Positions 45,550-59,002 of a stretch of 64,000 nucleotides of DNA are shown here, in pieces. The notes beneath the pieces are model-generated. The model was given only the letters and a program-made list of their open reading frames with translations, was not told the DNA's origin and searched no databases. Source of the stretch: Fimicolochytrium jonesii. Its lineage: Eukaryota. A program made the position numbers and the translations under genes. The stretch's first letter is position 1; each line of letters opens with the position of its first letter. Where the stretch lies: contig NW_026515689.1 of assembly GCF_025526975.1 (NCBI RefSeq), forward strand, positions 248,001 through 312,000, in the 5' to 3' direction.

Positions 45550-47882
45550 ATGAATTTTACTCTTGACCTCATGTCTCGCACCGAGTGCCCTAAGGCGAAC
45601 GACCTTACCAGCGCCAGTGCTGTGGAAAACAGCAGTGAAACCGTATCCAGGAATGTGGCGCCGGTGAGCCACACAGGTCCCAATGTAAATACACGAGCAC
45701 CGCTATCCTCAGCTGTTCAATCACGGGATCGGGGACCCCGGCGGAAAGAAGTGACCAATCATATCGAGATGGAAAACATCTGCTCGTTTATTCAGAAGCT
45801 CTATACGTATGTCTACTGGTAATCCCCAACCCCGATTCAGCTTCCAATCACGCTTAACCTGTCATTTAGCCTTGTCGACGCCCCGGAGCATACTCGATTC
45901 GTTCAATGGAACGCTGCCGGCGACGTTTTCATCGTTTTCCACAGTGAGGAGTTCGCCAAAACGGTAAACGAAGTCGATTGAGTGAATGTCAAAAATAGGA
46001 AACTCACGAGCATCTGTTATGACATCTGGCGATGTTAGGTCCTTCCCAAATACTTCAAGCACTGCAAATTTCCTTCATTCGTTCGTCAACTCAATGTATG
46101 AACGCAACCCTCTGTCTTCGTTTCTCGCTCTCATATGACACATATGCTGACACATCAAATGCAGATATACGGCTTTTATCGAGTTTCGGATGCCCGCAAA
46201 ACTCCCCTGGTCCGCAGCAAAGAGGCCTGCGTATTCTCACACAACTACTTTAAGAAGGGCAGGAAAGACCTCCTCCCCTTGATACGTCGCAAAGTAGGCT
46301 CGAAGAAGGAGTTGAAAAGAGTGTATGCTGAGAAAGCGGCCTCTCGAGAGCACGAGCTGCAGACGGACCTTCATTCGGAGATTGACTTCATGGAACCAAT
46401 AGACGCTGCTTCCTCGAACGAAGAACATCAAATGATGTTTGACATTCATGAGCCGCATCATTTATCGCACGGTCTCCAGATGTTTCCCGGGCGGCCATCC
46501 TCATCTTACGACGTGCATGCGCAAAAGACGCTCGAACACCAACGACGGGTTGAGGCAGCTCGTCGAAGCATGCAGCACTTGAGACATTTTTTCCCACACC
46601 CGCAACTATACCCCTATCAGTTTCCACAGCCCTCAGTGATTGCTGGAGCCTTCGGATCGCCAACCGCTCACGATGCGAGGACAATGGTGAGATCTCATGG
46701 GCTCCATTTTGAGGAGCAGGCATGGCCGCCTGTGCTTCGGGTGGGCGCACAGCACGCAGAGGACTTTACGACAGATCCTATTGGTGGGTTGACCTCACTA
46801 CCATTGTATTCGGATGCCTTGAGATAGGGAAGCAAAACTAACCAATGCAAAAAGATTTCGACAGTTCTTCAGACATGTATACCCAGGACGAGGAGCTTCA
46901 GCAGCATCAAAATAAGCTGAGTCACATAGAAGAAGAAGACACAGAGTTCCATTCCCCGCAATCGGCACGTGAACTGGAGCAGGACACACAAACGTCGGAC
47001 GACCAAACTGAGCTCAACGCCGGATCAGTTGGTAGCCTGGATACCAGCAACATCTCCCACACACATATACCCGAGAGCTTCGCGAAGCATAAGCAGCTTT
47101 CCTTTCATCGACGAGCGCAGCCACCGCCACCGATTTTTACAGCCTTCGATCCGCCGAAGTTGACCCATATCAGCCTCCCCCCTTTGGTCAAAGCAGACGT
47201 TTCGGGGCCTTACGAAGTTGATCTTCGGGCCGCCTCGATTCCCGCAGATCCATTTCCAACAACCACTACGGACGAAGATGCCGGTCAGCTCGCAACATAT
47301 AGAGAACATAAAGGCCTGAACAGGCTACTGCACAAAGGACATATGTCCGCCAACCCGGTGCTCTCTGGGCGATACCAAGAAGGTTCATCCAGGGCGCCGA
47401 TGATCGCTCCCTCCGACCCTAAATCAGCGATCTGTCTTCCCACCGACGCGGCTCGTTTGACCCATCAGCGTTCGATAAAGTCCGGGCGTGGTTCTGCTAC
47501 AGCTATTCCTGCTGGAGCTTCCAGCTTCCGTCGATTCGATGATGTCACAATCATGGCGGCGGCTGCAGCTGCTGCCGCGGATCCTTATGGACTTCTCGCT
47601 TCCCCTGCCGACGTTCTTGCCTACGCAAGCCTTTCGCCGATGCCATCGTCGCTGCCTTACTCTTACGCTCTCTCTCCTTATCTTTTCGGCGCTGGACCTG
47701 CATCCGCCGCGACCGCACGATCAAGCCGACGACATGGGCGGTTCCAGCCCCCGACACCGACTGGGGAGCAACGCTGCCAGTGCTGCTCGGACATCGCGTC
47801 AGCTTATCCCCATGGAGGTTCTGCATCGCAGGATCAAGGCCGACTTCCTCCGCACTACCCGTATGCCCCAGACGAAGAGTAG
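45550..47882 (+). CDS. Heat-shock-factor-type transcription factor; 4 introns (last 46784-46854)
   Basis: FIQKLY|LVD...VQWN..GDVFIV...F|VLPKYFKHCKFPSFVRQLN|YGFYRV...FSHNYFKKGRKDLLPLIRRK. Confidence 0.92.
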
Positions 47883-48366
47883 CTTGTATTTATGTCGACA
47901 CTGTGTCAGCTGGTCTTGGCATACCTTTCATCAATAATTTATGTTTGTACATAGACAGAGTTGGAAATGTTTGATGGTACCATATCTTTCCTCAACTGGA
48001 ATTGGATTGCCCGACGTGGTCGTGGGGAATGGACTGTCAATTACCGCCATGTTTTCCGCCCCGATATCGTAGAGCACACCAGTCGGAACGCCAATTGGTT
48101 GCCATTGAAATTGCCAAACGGCGGTAGCAGCGGGCATGAGCTATAGTTGGGATGAATTAATTTCGAATGAGAGACATTGAACAAAATTTGGGTCGCTCGC
48201 ATATGATGGCAAAATACTACAGAAATGGGCAAGGTGGAAGAAACTACGATGACTGCAGCGGGGTAAATGCGCGGAATTGTTGGAGAAAAATCTATGTTAG
48301 GAGGATCTAAGCCCATGGAACGAGAACGTTTGCAGGAAAATGGCGAGGGCGTAACCCATGCTGGTA

Positions 48367-51300
48367 TCAGTTCCGCTGGGCGCCGCGCTCCATAACTACA
48401 CTGCCTTCTGCTAATGTGCGTTCATGGCTGCCAAAACCAGAGGTCTCGGGAGTCAAGTACGAGATATCGTCCCAAGGGTGGCGGTACAATCCTTGCTTGA
48501 GACGCTTCTGGTCAAGGTAATGTCCGATGAAACCGATAGAGCGGCCAAGGACGAAGAGACCGTTCAAAGTACCGATCTGAATGTTCAAATGAGAATGGAT
48601 GGTGAGATAGAGCTTAACAACTGGGTATTGGTGAAAGCACCCTTACATACCTTGATGTACTCCTCGGCCTCTTCCCTGCTGAAAGCGCCGCATCCCCTCA
48701 AGAGATCAACGAAGGCCACCCCGACTGCGCCATCAACATTGAGAATCAGATTGTCCTTCTTCGCGGTCGTAAATTTCTCGACCTCGAGGGCGTAACGGAA
48801 GATTTCGGTGTTGGGGAAGTTGTTCAGCACAAAGTCCTTTACAATTTCCACGCGGAGATCGGGGTTCGTCCTCGACTTGATCTTGTGGCCGATACCCAAG
48901 ATGAGCTGGTTGGCCTTCCGCTTGGCAGTCACAAACTCTGAAGGCGCCAGGTTGGAGTCATAGGCTGTGGAGAAGTCCCTCGCGGCGCCATCCAGAGCTC
49001 CACCGAAACGATCGCCGATGGTGAGCAGACCGGCAACGAGAGAGGAGATGAGGTCTTTGCCGGCACGAGCTGTAACGATGGTGTTGTGCGCTCCAGAAAC
49101 AGCGGGTCCGTGGTCGGCTGTCAGCATAAGAACCATCTCAATGAACTTGGCGGCGTAGCTGGGCAACCGACGCTTGAACCAGAGCAAACTGAGGACGCCT
49201 CCGATGCCAATGTCCTCCTTGAATACTTCGCTGATGGCCATGCCTGCGTAGAGAAGTTCTTGGCCACGGTCATCGCAGATGGTCGAGATGAAGGATGCAG
49301 GTTTGCGGATGAGACCGAGTTCCTGCGCCCAAGAGTAGTCGATGGGAATCTTGGGAACAGGGGGCTCTGCTCGGGGGACGATGGTCTTGTTGGAAGTCAA
49401 TTTGCGGTAAACTTCTTCGAGAGCTGCTGGGAGATCTTCGAAGGTGTCGGGGACGATGACACCAGCAGCCTTGAGCGCGCGGTTCTTCGCCTCTGCGGTT
49501 TCAACGTCCGAGTTCGCGAAACTGCCGGCGTGGCCGAATTGCACGTCGGTGGTGAACATCTTGGCGCAGGTACCGATACACCAAGCGACGACGGGCTTGG
49601 TGATGCGGCCCTCCTTCACAGCTCTTGCGATGTGGTATTCTTCCACCCCACCGACCTCTCCAAGAAGAACGAGGATCTTGGCGTTGGGGTCCTTCTCATA
49701 ACGAAGCATGTGGTCGATGAAGGTGGAACCCGGGTATCGGTCTCCTCCAATAGCAACTCCCTCGTATACGCCATCGGTAGCGCGTGAGACAATGTTGTTG
49801 AGCTCGTTGGACATACCGCCAGACTTCGAGACGTACGCAACGGATCCCGGTCGGTAGAGTTTCGAAGATACAATGTTGTCCATCATTCCACCGGTGTTGC
49901 CGATCTTGAAGCATCCAGGTTTGATACCACCGACAGTGGCGGGACCGATTAGAAGAACGTTTCTCTGGGTAGCTTCGTGGAGGAGAGCGCGTGCGCGCTT
50001 CTCTGGTACACCCTCGGCAATGATAGCGATGGTGCGGATAGCGGGGAACGACAGAAGCTGAGTTGTCGATTCGTACACACTTCGGCAGGACGCAAAGTTG
50101 ACGACGACATCAACTCCCGGGAAACGGTCGACGGCCTCTTGTACGGTAGTGTAGACGGGGATGAGCATCTCCTTGGTGCCCCAGTAGAATTTTTGCACGT
50201 GGTGACCACCGAACGGGTAGATCATGCAGGCGACGGAAGGCTCCTTGCGGTTGCACATGAAGTCAAAGTCCAGCATGCCTTGCACGGCGCGAGGCTGCAT
50301 CCCGTAGATGAAAGCGCGGGTCCTGGACGTGAAAGGTACAACCCCGGCCGGCAACGTTGTGTCCTCTTGAACAGTCTGCGCACCGTGGCTTGGATCGTTG
50401 GTAGCCTGAGCACCGGAAGAAGGCTGCGCACCGTCCAACAAACCGGTAGAAGCATTGGCGTGTCCGTTGAGAGCCTTGGCAACATCACCTCCCTTCAAAG
50501 CCAAGGGCACAATACCGGTGACGTGCATTTCAGGACCAAAAACGTTGATCTCGACACCGAGATTCTCGCCGAGGTTGCGCATCATGCGAAGACCTTCTTG
50601 GTAGTTCGGGCCGGCACGTCGGACGAAAACGCGAACGTGGTGCTCTTGCAAAGGTCGTTGGTATTCCTTCATGGCGCGGATGATTCCCTTGAATGTGGCG
50701 GCGACGTTGGTGAAGTTGGCAATTCCTCCTCCGATGAAGAGGAACTTGCCCTCGGGATGCGGGTTACCACGCGTCATGAGGTCGAGGATGGTTTTGCCGT
50801 ACTCATAGGTTTGCGATTCCGAAGGAGCGCCAGAATACTCTCCGTAGTTGGCGAGCTCGTGTGCGTAGCCAAGTGCTGCGATGGCATCGGAGTAGACCAC
50901 GGAAGCACCACCTCCAGCAACCATCGTCCAAATGCGACCAGTCGGGTTGAGAACCGTGAGCTTCAGGGAGGCCCCCGTCTTCGCGTCAAGGTCAGCAATG
51001 TAGGCCTCTTCCTTCGTTAGCTCCCTGCCGAACGGTGCCGGGAACTCCATGGCGGGACCGTGGGAAGGCCCAGAAACGGTGGTGCGGTATGCGTTTTTCC
51101 GTGCCATCGCCCAGTACTTTCCGCACTCGAACTCAGCGGTTTGGTCCAGCTTCGCCGCGAGATCGAGGTAGAAGACTTGTGCAGGACCTGTGCCGTTGGG
51201 CGAGTCGAGGACAACGAGAGGGTTGATTTCGAGGTAGGTAAACTGCAGCTCGGAGTAGACGGCATACAGGCGTGTGATGAACTCAACCAGAGTGGCCTTT

Positions 51301-52019
51301 TGAGTGGCGGATTTCACGTCGAAGAGGAGAGCCTTTTCGATAACGCTCGGTTCGGGGAAAGGCTGGTCGACCTGCACCAGGAACTTTCGGGCCTTGGCGT
51401 CGACGTCTCCGACATCAACACCTCCCTCGTGCGTGAAAAGGATCCAGTCACCTTCACGAACCGAGTTGATCGCAACGTAGTATTCCGAGTCTTGCGGATG
51501 GATGCAAAGGGGCTCGACAAGGAAAGTGTGTAGGAGGCCCTCCGTCTTCTCGAGTTTGAAGGGCTTCCCTGCACGCTTGGAGATCCACTCCTTCACACCT
51601 GCCCAGTCCAGGTTGATGCCCAAGAGTCCGTTCTTCCCCCTACGCTTGATCAGTTGGTCAGGCTTGCAGACAAGCTTTTGCGAAAGAACCCAAGGATTCT
51701 CCTTTTCGGCGATGTCGAAGACTTCCAGTACGTGGTTCTGGAATTGCTGCTCATTTACGAGGAGGGAGGTGTCGAATGCGAGGTGGACCATGCGGTTGGG
51801 AGCGAGGAAAGTGGCGGCGGGGTTGGTGGGAGAAGTTGCGGTGGGACTGGGGAGGCTGGCTTTGCCGTTGGACTTGACTGAGTGCTCTCCGTTCGACGTC
51901 GCTGGTGATGTGGCAGAGCCGGTGGTGGCACCAATACCCTGCGAAGGATGCGACAGGCGGGGAAGCCAGTACGCCAGGAGGTGCTTCCCATCAAACTCAC
52001 GGATCGGTTTGGCCGACAT
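48367..52019 (-). CDS. ACL1: ATP-citrate lyase, single-chain; intron 48577-48650
   Basis: [42 protein letters not shown] (phospho-His), [18 protein letters not shown]. Confidence 0.98.
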
Positions 52020-53513
52020 GATGAGCAATCACGGCTCAGGCAGTGAAAAAATTCGGACGGCGAGGTAATAGGGTCTGGGAAAAGGAAACTGAGTTATTAC
52101 TGACTCTTCGGCCCAAGCCAAGTAGATCAAGGTATCCAGCAGTTCCACCATAAACAGCGGGAGTGAGGCGCAAGGATGACTTACATGTGCGTGTGAAGTT
52201 GGTTTGAAAGTGCGTTCAGTATGCAAGCGAAACTGCTGGACCACTCGATGTTTTCGGATATAGTAGCTTGGCTGAACTGCTAGATCGGAACGAGCAAGGA
52301 TGGTACGAGAAACGTCAGGGACAACCGCGAAGTTTATAGGACTCGCTGAGATCCGGCCATGGGACTTTGATGGGGATATATACCTGCCAGCGGAATGTTA
52401 TTCTGAGTTTGGTCAGAAGGTTTGTGGGTTTGGACGGAGGCAAGGGACGAAGCCTTGTCGGTGTGAGCTTTTATACGATTCCTGGATCTGTGTGGGAGGA
52501 GGGACCGCGCGTTTGGGTCGTCCTCCGCCTCTGACACACGCATCATGGTCGCCCACTTATCGCAGCAATCAGCGACTTCCCCTCGCTCTCTCTCGCACAT
52601 GCACACAAGGAAAGGCCAGAAGCACACAGCATGCCACACATCCGTCCTACTCTCCTTCGACCTTACAGATGACAAGCGATAAGTGAGGGAGGGGAGGGGT
52701 ATTAGGGAGGTAATGGTGAATGAATCATTGCAGCCGGGGGAGAAAACGCGTCCGCTCCGCCATTTACCCTTTACTGCGCGCCAATGGCATCCGACTGGTT
52801 CGTCGAAAGATGGTACGAGCGGAAACATCGATTTCACACCGGGCCACACATCATATGCATACTGCATCAGCTGCCAAATCACCGTCTGCATAGTCCGCTC
52901 TTCCGACCGGGCAGTGGGCCGATAAATCCAGAACATTTGCACATGCATTCCTGTCAAAGTTCGAATAACATGCACATCCTATGGCGTACGGCGCGACGCA
53001 TCTTCCGTGCATACTCCGTATCGATCCAGTACGGACTATACTGAACTACATCGAATATACTGTAGTCTGTGGACCGCAGACAGACGACAAACATGTTACA
53101 CGTACTGTACAGGTGCCGGTTGCTGAATGTGGTCGTTCCGGATAAGGATCGTCCCCACAGGGGCAGAGTTCGCGCTGGGGATTTGTGCAAGGTCTGCCTC
53201 GGCGGTGTTCGAAAAGCTCTTCCTCAGGCTTTTCCCGTTCACCAGCGCACATCCACATATCGATCTGTGTCAAGCACCTCGTTGCTGCACCACACACGGG
53301 CAGTTTCAGCGGGTCTGGCCGTCTCGAATCGGACATGAACGGGGAAAAGGACGGGAAGTACTCAATCAATTCTCCTTTCTGCCGACAAGTCACGTGGTCG
53401 ATCGATCGAGTAGGAAGTGACAGCAATGGGTTTCCATCTCACTCAATTCAGTTGCGTGCCATCTTGGAAGATCTCATCCTTGAACTGCCTTTCCCACACT
53501 GTTTAAGAAAAAC

Positions 53514-54034
53514 ATGAAGTTCTCATTGGAGCCGGCTGCAGCCGCAACCAGGACCGCCACAGTAGGCTCGCCTGCGATTCTGGACGCATCCTCCGCCTTG
53601 CAGGAGGCCGCAGTGCTTTCAAGGGCACAAGGACGTGAACAAGCAGATGGCGAGGAGAGAGACTTACGAAACACTTTAGCAAAGGCTTTGGAAACTGAGG
53701 GCATACTCATAATGCACGCCGTTGCTCGATGCGAGGTATGTAATGGTCAATGAAGCTCCTGGCGATAGCCTCCACATTATGCCCTATGCCCTATGCCCGC
53801 TGGAGCGTACTCAAACGATATTTGTGTGTTCACTTCCGTTCTTCTTTATCGTTCCCGCAGCAAGCACATCATAGTCGATTTCGGCTAATGCACTTGATGG
53901 GCGGATCTGTCCCGAGACGTTTCAGCAAATGCGACTCAACGCCAATAACTAGGCACGGCACCGTTGAAGGCTTCATAATACCACACGTTAATTTGGGACA
54001 TGAATCGGCATTTCATTCGGGCGTTATGACATGA
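53514..54034 (+). CDS. Possible small spliced orphan ORF (intron 53736-53860)
   Basis: GTATGT donor and pyrimidine-rich CAG acceptor join two ORFs in frame (~130 aa); no recognisable domain. Confidence 0.2.
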
Positions 54035-54198
54035 GTTTATGAGCCAAACTGTGCAGAGCTATCTAAGTTTTATATGCAGGGCCATCCGTCGTCTCAGATA
54101 CTACATAGTGTCTCTACAAAAAATCTACGACTGGGCGGCAGCATTTCGCGATTGAAATAGGGTCGCGGTGGCGTGTCGAGTAATAGAGGCATTCCCAG

Positions 54199-55491
54199 TT
54201 ACGCATACGCCTGCAGGAAATCCTCTTCGTCGAAATCGCCAATCCTCTCTGGGGACATGAAGTGTTTGCTACTACTTTTGGAGATTGCGAATCCTGCCTC
54301 CATCTGTTCCGCAATCGCAACGGTGGGTGACTGTGCTGCCGCGATGCTCTTTGACGAACCGTGGCGAACTGTCGGCTGGCCTAGTTTTCGCTGGAGGGAT
54401 CCCAGCGTGGGAGCGTGCCTCGAGTGGCTATTTGATCGGGCTTCTTTTGGCGGGCTAATCGGGTCGTCTTGTCCGGAATTCGATGCAAAGAAGCGGATGA
54501 CGATCTCGCTTTCACGCAATGGTGGAGGCATCTGGCAGAGGCGGGAGAGGTACTTTGAAATGTCTTCCTGATGGTCGGTCAGGCGTGCCTCTGAAGGGCG
54601 TTCGCTGACCATGGCCGAGAGCGCTGGAGGCAGTGGTGGGATGTAGACTTTTGTCTCTGCGTACGAGCCGAACTTTTGTGAGAGGGAGTTGTTAAGAATG
54701 AGAAAGTCCTCGTACGAGCGGTTGATGACGACGGTCCTGCTTGGGAGTACGACTTTGATCACGTAGCAAAGATCGGCGCGGGGGTGAATGGAGCCGAGGG
54801 ATTCAGCGTGGTGGGACATGGGTTGGCGAACGATGGACACGACTTGAGCTTTGACAACTCTCTCGAATAACGGGTTGTATTGCTGATGGGCAAAGCTTCC
54901 ACCATATGCGTTTGAGCGGCTCCCATTGTCAACGGTGCCTTCTCGTAATCGGGTATTCTGGCGCACCGACACTTTGCGAGGAACGGTGCCGGCCCGAACC
55001 CTTTGCTCAGCCTGCTCCATGTCGGCCACAGGTCCAAGGCGCATGCCTTCGGAGTGCCGGCGAACATTTGTCTGCAAGTATGAATATATTCTCCGTCCGA
55101 TCTTGGCCATAGGCCCAGCTGCGTTTTCTGCTGCAGCTGCCGCCGGCATCGACTCTGCAATGTGGCCCGCGTTCTCGTTGTGAGTGGTCGGTGGTCGTGC
55201 TGCTGCGTTCTTGCTGGCGGTCCGTGCCCTCGCCGCCGGGTCGGGGTCTTTGCTCATCAAATCCACGAGCTCAAAATGCGAGATGGGCACCAGCCCTGAC
55301 ACGGCTGTGCGTGAGAAAGGGGTCGCATACTGTGTACTCACAAAATACAGTTGCTTTATGGGGTCCGTCGAGAGAACGTAGAATGCTTGGCTTTGGCGGA
55401 ATGAGAGGAGACAGTCCGAGTCCGTAGCTTTCGGAGCTATAAAGTCGGCGATCGCCCTTATCTTGAAGATTGTGTTTGCTGTTGCGACCAT
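54199..55491 (-). CDS. SH3 + PX domain protein (Bem1-like scaffold)
   Basis: N-terminal IRAIADF...LSF...FYV...GLVPISHFE (SH3-like); YVIKV...INRSYEDFLILNNSL...IPPLP...YLSRL...IRFF (PX). Confidence 0.8.
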   Translation of the reverse strand: MVATANTIFKIRAIADFIAPKATDSDCLLSFRQSQAFYVLSTDPIKQLYFVSTQYATPFSRTAVSGLVPISHFELVDLMSKDPDPAARARTASKNAAARPPTTHNENAGHIAESMPAAAAAENAAGPMAKIGRRIYSYLQTNVRRHSEGMRLGPVADMEQAEQRVRAGTVPRKVSVRQNTRLREGTVDNGSRSNAYGGSFAHQQYNPLFERVVKAQVVSIVRQPMSHHAESLGSIHPRADLCYVIKVVLPSRTVVINRSYEDFLILNNSLSQKFGSYAETKVYIPPLPPALSAMVSERPSEARLTDHQEDISKYLSRLCQMPPPLRESEIVIRFFASNSGQDDPISPPKEARSNSHSRHAPTLGSLQRKLGQPTVRHGSSKSIAAAQSPTVAIAEQMEAGFAISKSSSKHFMSPERIGDFDEEDFLQAYA

Positions 55492-55942
55492 GGTTGCTGA
55501 GCTTGTTGTTCGAGGCGAGGGCTGCGTATATTTTGCGTTTTCTCAGGCGGTGGGTGTTGATGGGAGAATTCGAGAACGTGCGATGCAGAAAGAAGGAGGA
55601 CCGCTGACGCCAGCGCCGACGACGGGAAGGGCAAGAGAGTTACAAGAAGAGCGGTTTGCGAACGCTCGCAGGAGTTTGGGCGACTTGCGCGGACACCTGC
55701 AGTATTAAACCAGCCAGCGAGCCAAAACTTCTGCCTTCTTTTGCTCAAACGCTTGTGCCCCCCTGAGCCCGCTGAGCCCGCTGAGCTTCCTCTGAAAGAA
55801 AGGCCGGAGGGGGTTGTTGCCGGTGGGTGGGGTGGGGGTTGGCGCCTGGATCTGGAGGGGACGGGGGGGGCGGCAGCGGGGAAAAAGCGATAGATACTAA
55901 CGGGGCCCAATACCATAAGCGAACGTGACCCGATGCCCCCCA

Positions 55943-55980
55943 TCTCTCTCTCTGTCTCTCTCTGTCTGTCTCTCTCTCTG
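55943..55980. repeat. (CT)n-type microsatellite
   Basis: tctctctctctgtctctctctgtctgtctctctctctg. Confidence 0.8.
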
Positions 55981-56657
55981 CCGGCCAGCAACTTCGTTCA
56001 GATGCCCCCGACACGCTGTGTGAGAAAGGCGTTCGTGGCTCCGTGTGTTTTCCCGCTCTTGTCCAATCAGCGCGCAGACTTTCCCATCCAGCCCCGTTTC
56101 GTCTCACGGCCGATCTTGCGGTATCGCATCTGACATTAGATCTTACCGTGGGACCCGGAGATCAGGTAGTAGCTCAAACCGGCGGTTCTCGGGTTGAAAA
56201 TTGAGAGAGGCGAATGGATTGTTCACAAGTTGTATCATTTGCAGCAAACTGAAGGGTGGCGCGCCTTACATAATCTCGAACGCGTTCTTGATGTCACCCA
56301 TTTCCGTTTCGATGTCTGATGAACTTCTGGAGGGAGGCGGGTTATGTTCGCGATTTTGAACGTTTGGAGGCAAGGAAAAGGTGGCTGCTTTCTTCAGATT
56401 GTTTTTGTCACACCGGCAGGCTAGTACTAGTAAAGTTTCGGTTAAAGAAGACACTTGGATTGTGAACCACGCCTGGGGTAGTCCGCTTCAAGGCCAGCTC
56501 TTAACTACGTAACATACGAAACAGCATGTAATTCCATGATTGTTATGTTATGTACCACAATCACGCTATTTACAAAAACCAAAAATGTGCGAGATATGTA
56601 CAAAATCAACACACCAGTGCAATCAGGAGCGAAGAAACCTAAAATAAAGTTGGTGTC

Positions 56658-59002
56658 TCACGTCTGAGCCGGTGGAGGACTCAATCGCTCTGGTGGTGGA
56701 AGATCCAACTTGGCCATGACCTCGTGCACAACCACCTCCCTCTCTTTCCCCTTGAACATCCTCCCTCCAACTTCTTGGACTTCGAATCTCCCATTGAGCG
56801 CGTCCCATGTGCTTTGCGATATTAGCACTTGATTCGTGGAGGCCATCGAGCAGATGCGGGAGGATGTGTTGACGGTGTCGCCGATACAGGTATATTCGAG
56901 ACGCTGAGATGATCCTATAAAACCAGTGAGGAGCTCGCCTATGAAATGCATGTCAAGATGTTAAAATGATTGATGCCGATGGAATATATTGCATAACACG
57001 TCAAGCACGTAATAGCATACCCGTGTTGAGCCCGATGCCGACAGATACCGGCTCTTTTCCGGTTTTCGCCCTTTCAATGTTCATATCCCGAATAGCTTCT
57101 TTGAACTCAAGGGCAGCGCTCACGGCCCTGAATTCCGGATCTGGCCCCTCGTCCGCTAACGTCCCAAATGCAGCCATAAGGGCATCGCCAATGTACTTGT
57201 CGACAATACCTGAGTACTTGAAGACTATATTGACAAGCTGCGCGAAAACACAAAAATTAACCTCGCAAAGGTGTAACAGGAAAGATGGGAAGTGGGCAAC
57301 TCACCCGCTCAAAATAGTCGTTCAAAAGCGAAACGACTTCCGACGGAGTTGACTTTTCCGACAATTGCGTGAATCCACGAATGTCGGCGAACAGAATCGT
57401 CCCCACCACTTCCCTTCCCCCTTTACGTATCCCTTCGATTCCTTTGGCATGCGTCATCTTGCTGACGACGTGTGGCGGCAAGAAACGAGACAAGTTCTCT
57501 TGCAACTTCGCTTTGTTTTGGATCTCTTTAATGAGTAAAGAGTTCTCGATTGCCAAGGCGGTCTGGGTTGAGATGGTAAGGACCAAGGAGACATCTTTCG
57601 TCGAGAACGCGTTGATTCGGTCGCGAGAGTCCAAATGCAGAATCCCGTGCACTTTGTTATGTGAAATGAGCGGCACGCAAATCACAGACCGAATCTGTCC
57701 GACTTTCACACTGGCTTGCTTTGAAAGCATCGGATCTTCGAAAGCGTCCGAGGTGACCAGACATTTCCGCGAATGGAACACCTTCCGCAGGATAGTCGAA
57801 GAGAGGCAAATTTCCTTATGATCGTAGCCCCGCCCTTCGCGAATCTTGACGTAGTGTACGCAAAGCATATTGGTGTCCTCCTCCCGTAGTAACACAACAG
57901 CTCGGTCGATGGGGAGAATGTCAAACATCAACTCGCAGGATTTAGACAATGCTGACGTGATGTTGGTGGAAAACACTTTGGAGAGCTCGTACGCCAGTCG
58001 CAGTTTCTCGTAGTCCTCCCTCAACGTGTTGATATCCGTGACATCGTCCCCTCGTTGAAACTGATTCGACACCATATCCGTCCCGGTTGCCGGCAACTCC
58101 GCTTGAATTGTCATCGACTGATCGTACTTTTGCTCAGAAGGCAAAATTGTTACAAGTTTGTTATATTTGTAATCGTCATCATTCTGCCCGGCGGCCGAGG
58201 GACGCCGAGACGGAGACAGCGCATGCGGTGGTTGTTGATATGCGGCTGCTCCTGATGCTACGGCCCCATATACACTGCCAGGAACCGCCGTGGTTGGTGT
58301 GGATGGGGACGGTAGTGGCGATGATGGCTCGACTTTGATCTTCCGCGGTATGCCATCATGGAAGTATAGAATGAAAGACCCAATCTCAATCTTATCATTT
58401 TCCCTCAGGAGGTGTGGAGTATTCGGAGCTATCAGCTTGTCATTCACCCTGATGCCGTTCGACGAGTTCTTGTCACGCAGATAGTATCCCTGCTCGCCTT
58501 TGACGATCAGTCCATGATATTTGCTTATCCGCGCACATGGAAGGGATATATTGTTGTCATCCCTTCTCCCTACTGTTGTCTCATCGCCAATCTGTATTGG
58601 TCAAGATTTGATTAGCACAAGGCCATTTATGCATTCGGAAACAGAACTTGAACGAACCAATGGGAAATCCGTCTTGCCGCCGAATTTCGTTGTATACACC
58701 AGCCGTGGAATGTTATCCGCCACATAACTCCGTCTTGGCATCGTATGCACAATGAGCCGCTCCCCATCGGAAGGTGGAGGGGATGGCTTTGCCTCCACTG
58801 GCGGAGTGTTGAAAGCTACACCGTTGCCATGGCGAGTTCGGTTTCGGCTCTTTGGCAAGGAATTCGTGCCGGCTGTGTATGCGGACACCTGGCTCGTTTC
58901 CGAGTCGGCGGAAGGGCGTCGTGCCCCGCCCGTCAGAACTGTGTAGGCGTCCATTACGGGATCCTCCTCCCCCACCACAGTTCCTGGGAAATCGAAACTC
59001 AT
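56658..59002 (-). CDS. Soluble class III adenylyl cyclase, FHA-GAF-cyclase; introns 58592-58657, 57238-57304, 56939-57020
   Basis: FHA VGR...ISKYH...SSNG; GAF SVICVPL...GILHLDS...FS..D; cyclase ILFADIRGFT, DKYIGDALMA, YTCIGDTVNTSSR. Confidence 0.92.

Noticed and set aside
48367..52019. Fused single-chain ATP-citrate lyase as a novelty
   Set aside because: Single-chain ACL is normal in animals and many non-ascomycete fungi; useful only as a taxonomic hint
49086..52068. Long plus-strand ORFs (233 aa, 347 aa and others) opposite ACL
   Set aside because: Antisense shadows of a codon-biased gene with no motifs; the same applies to 766-1626 and 23355-24539
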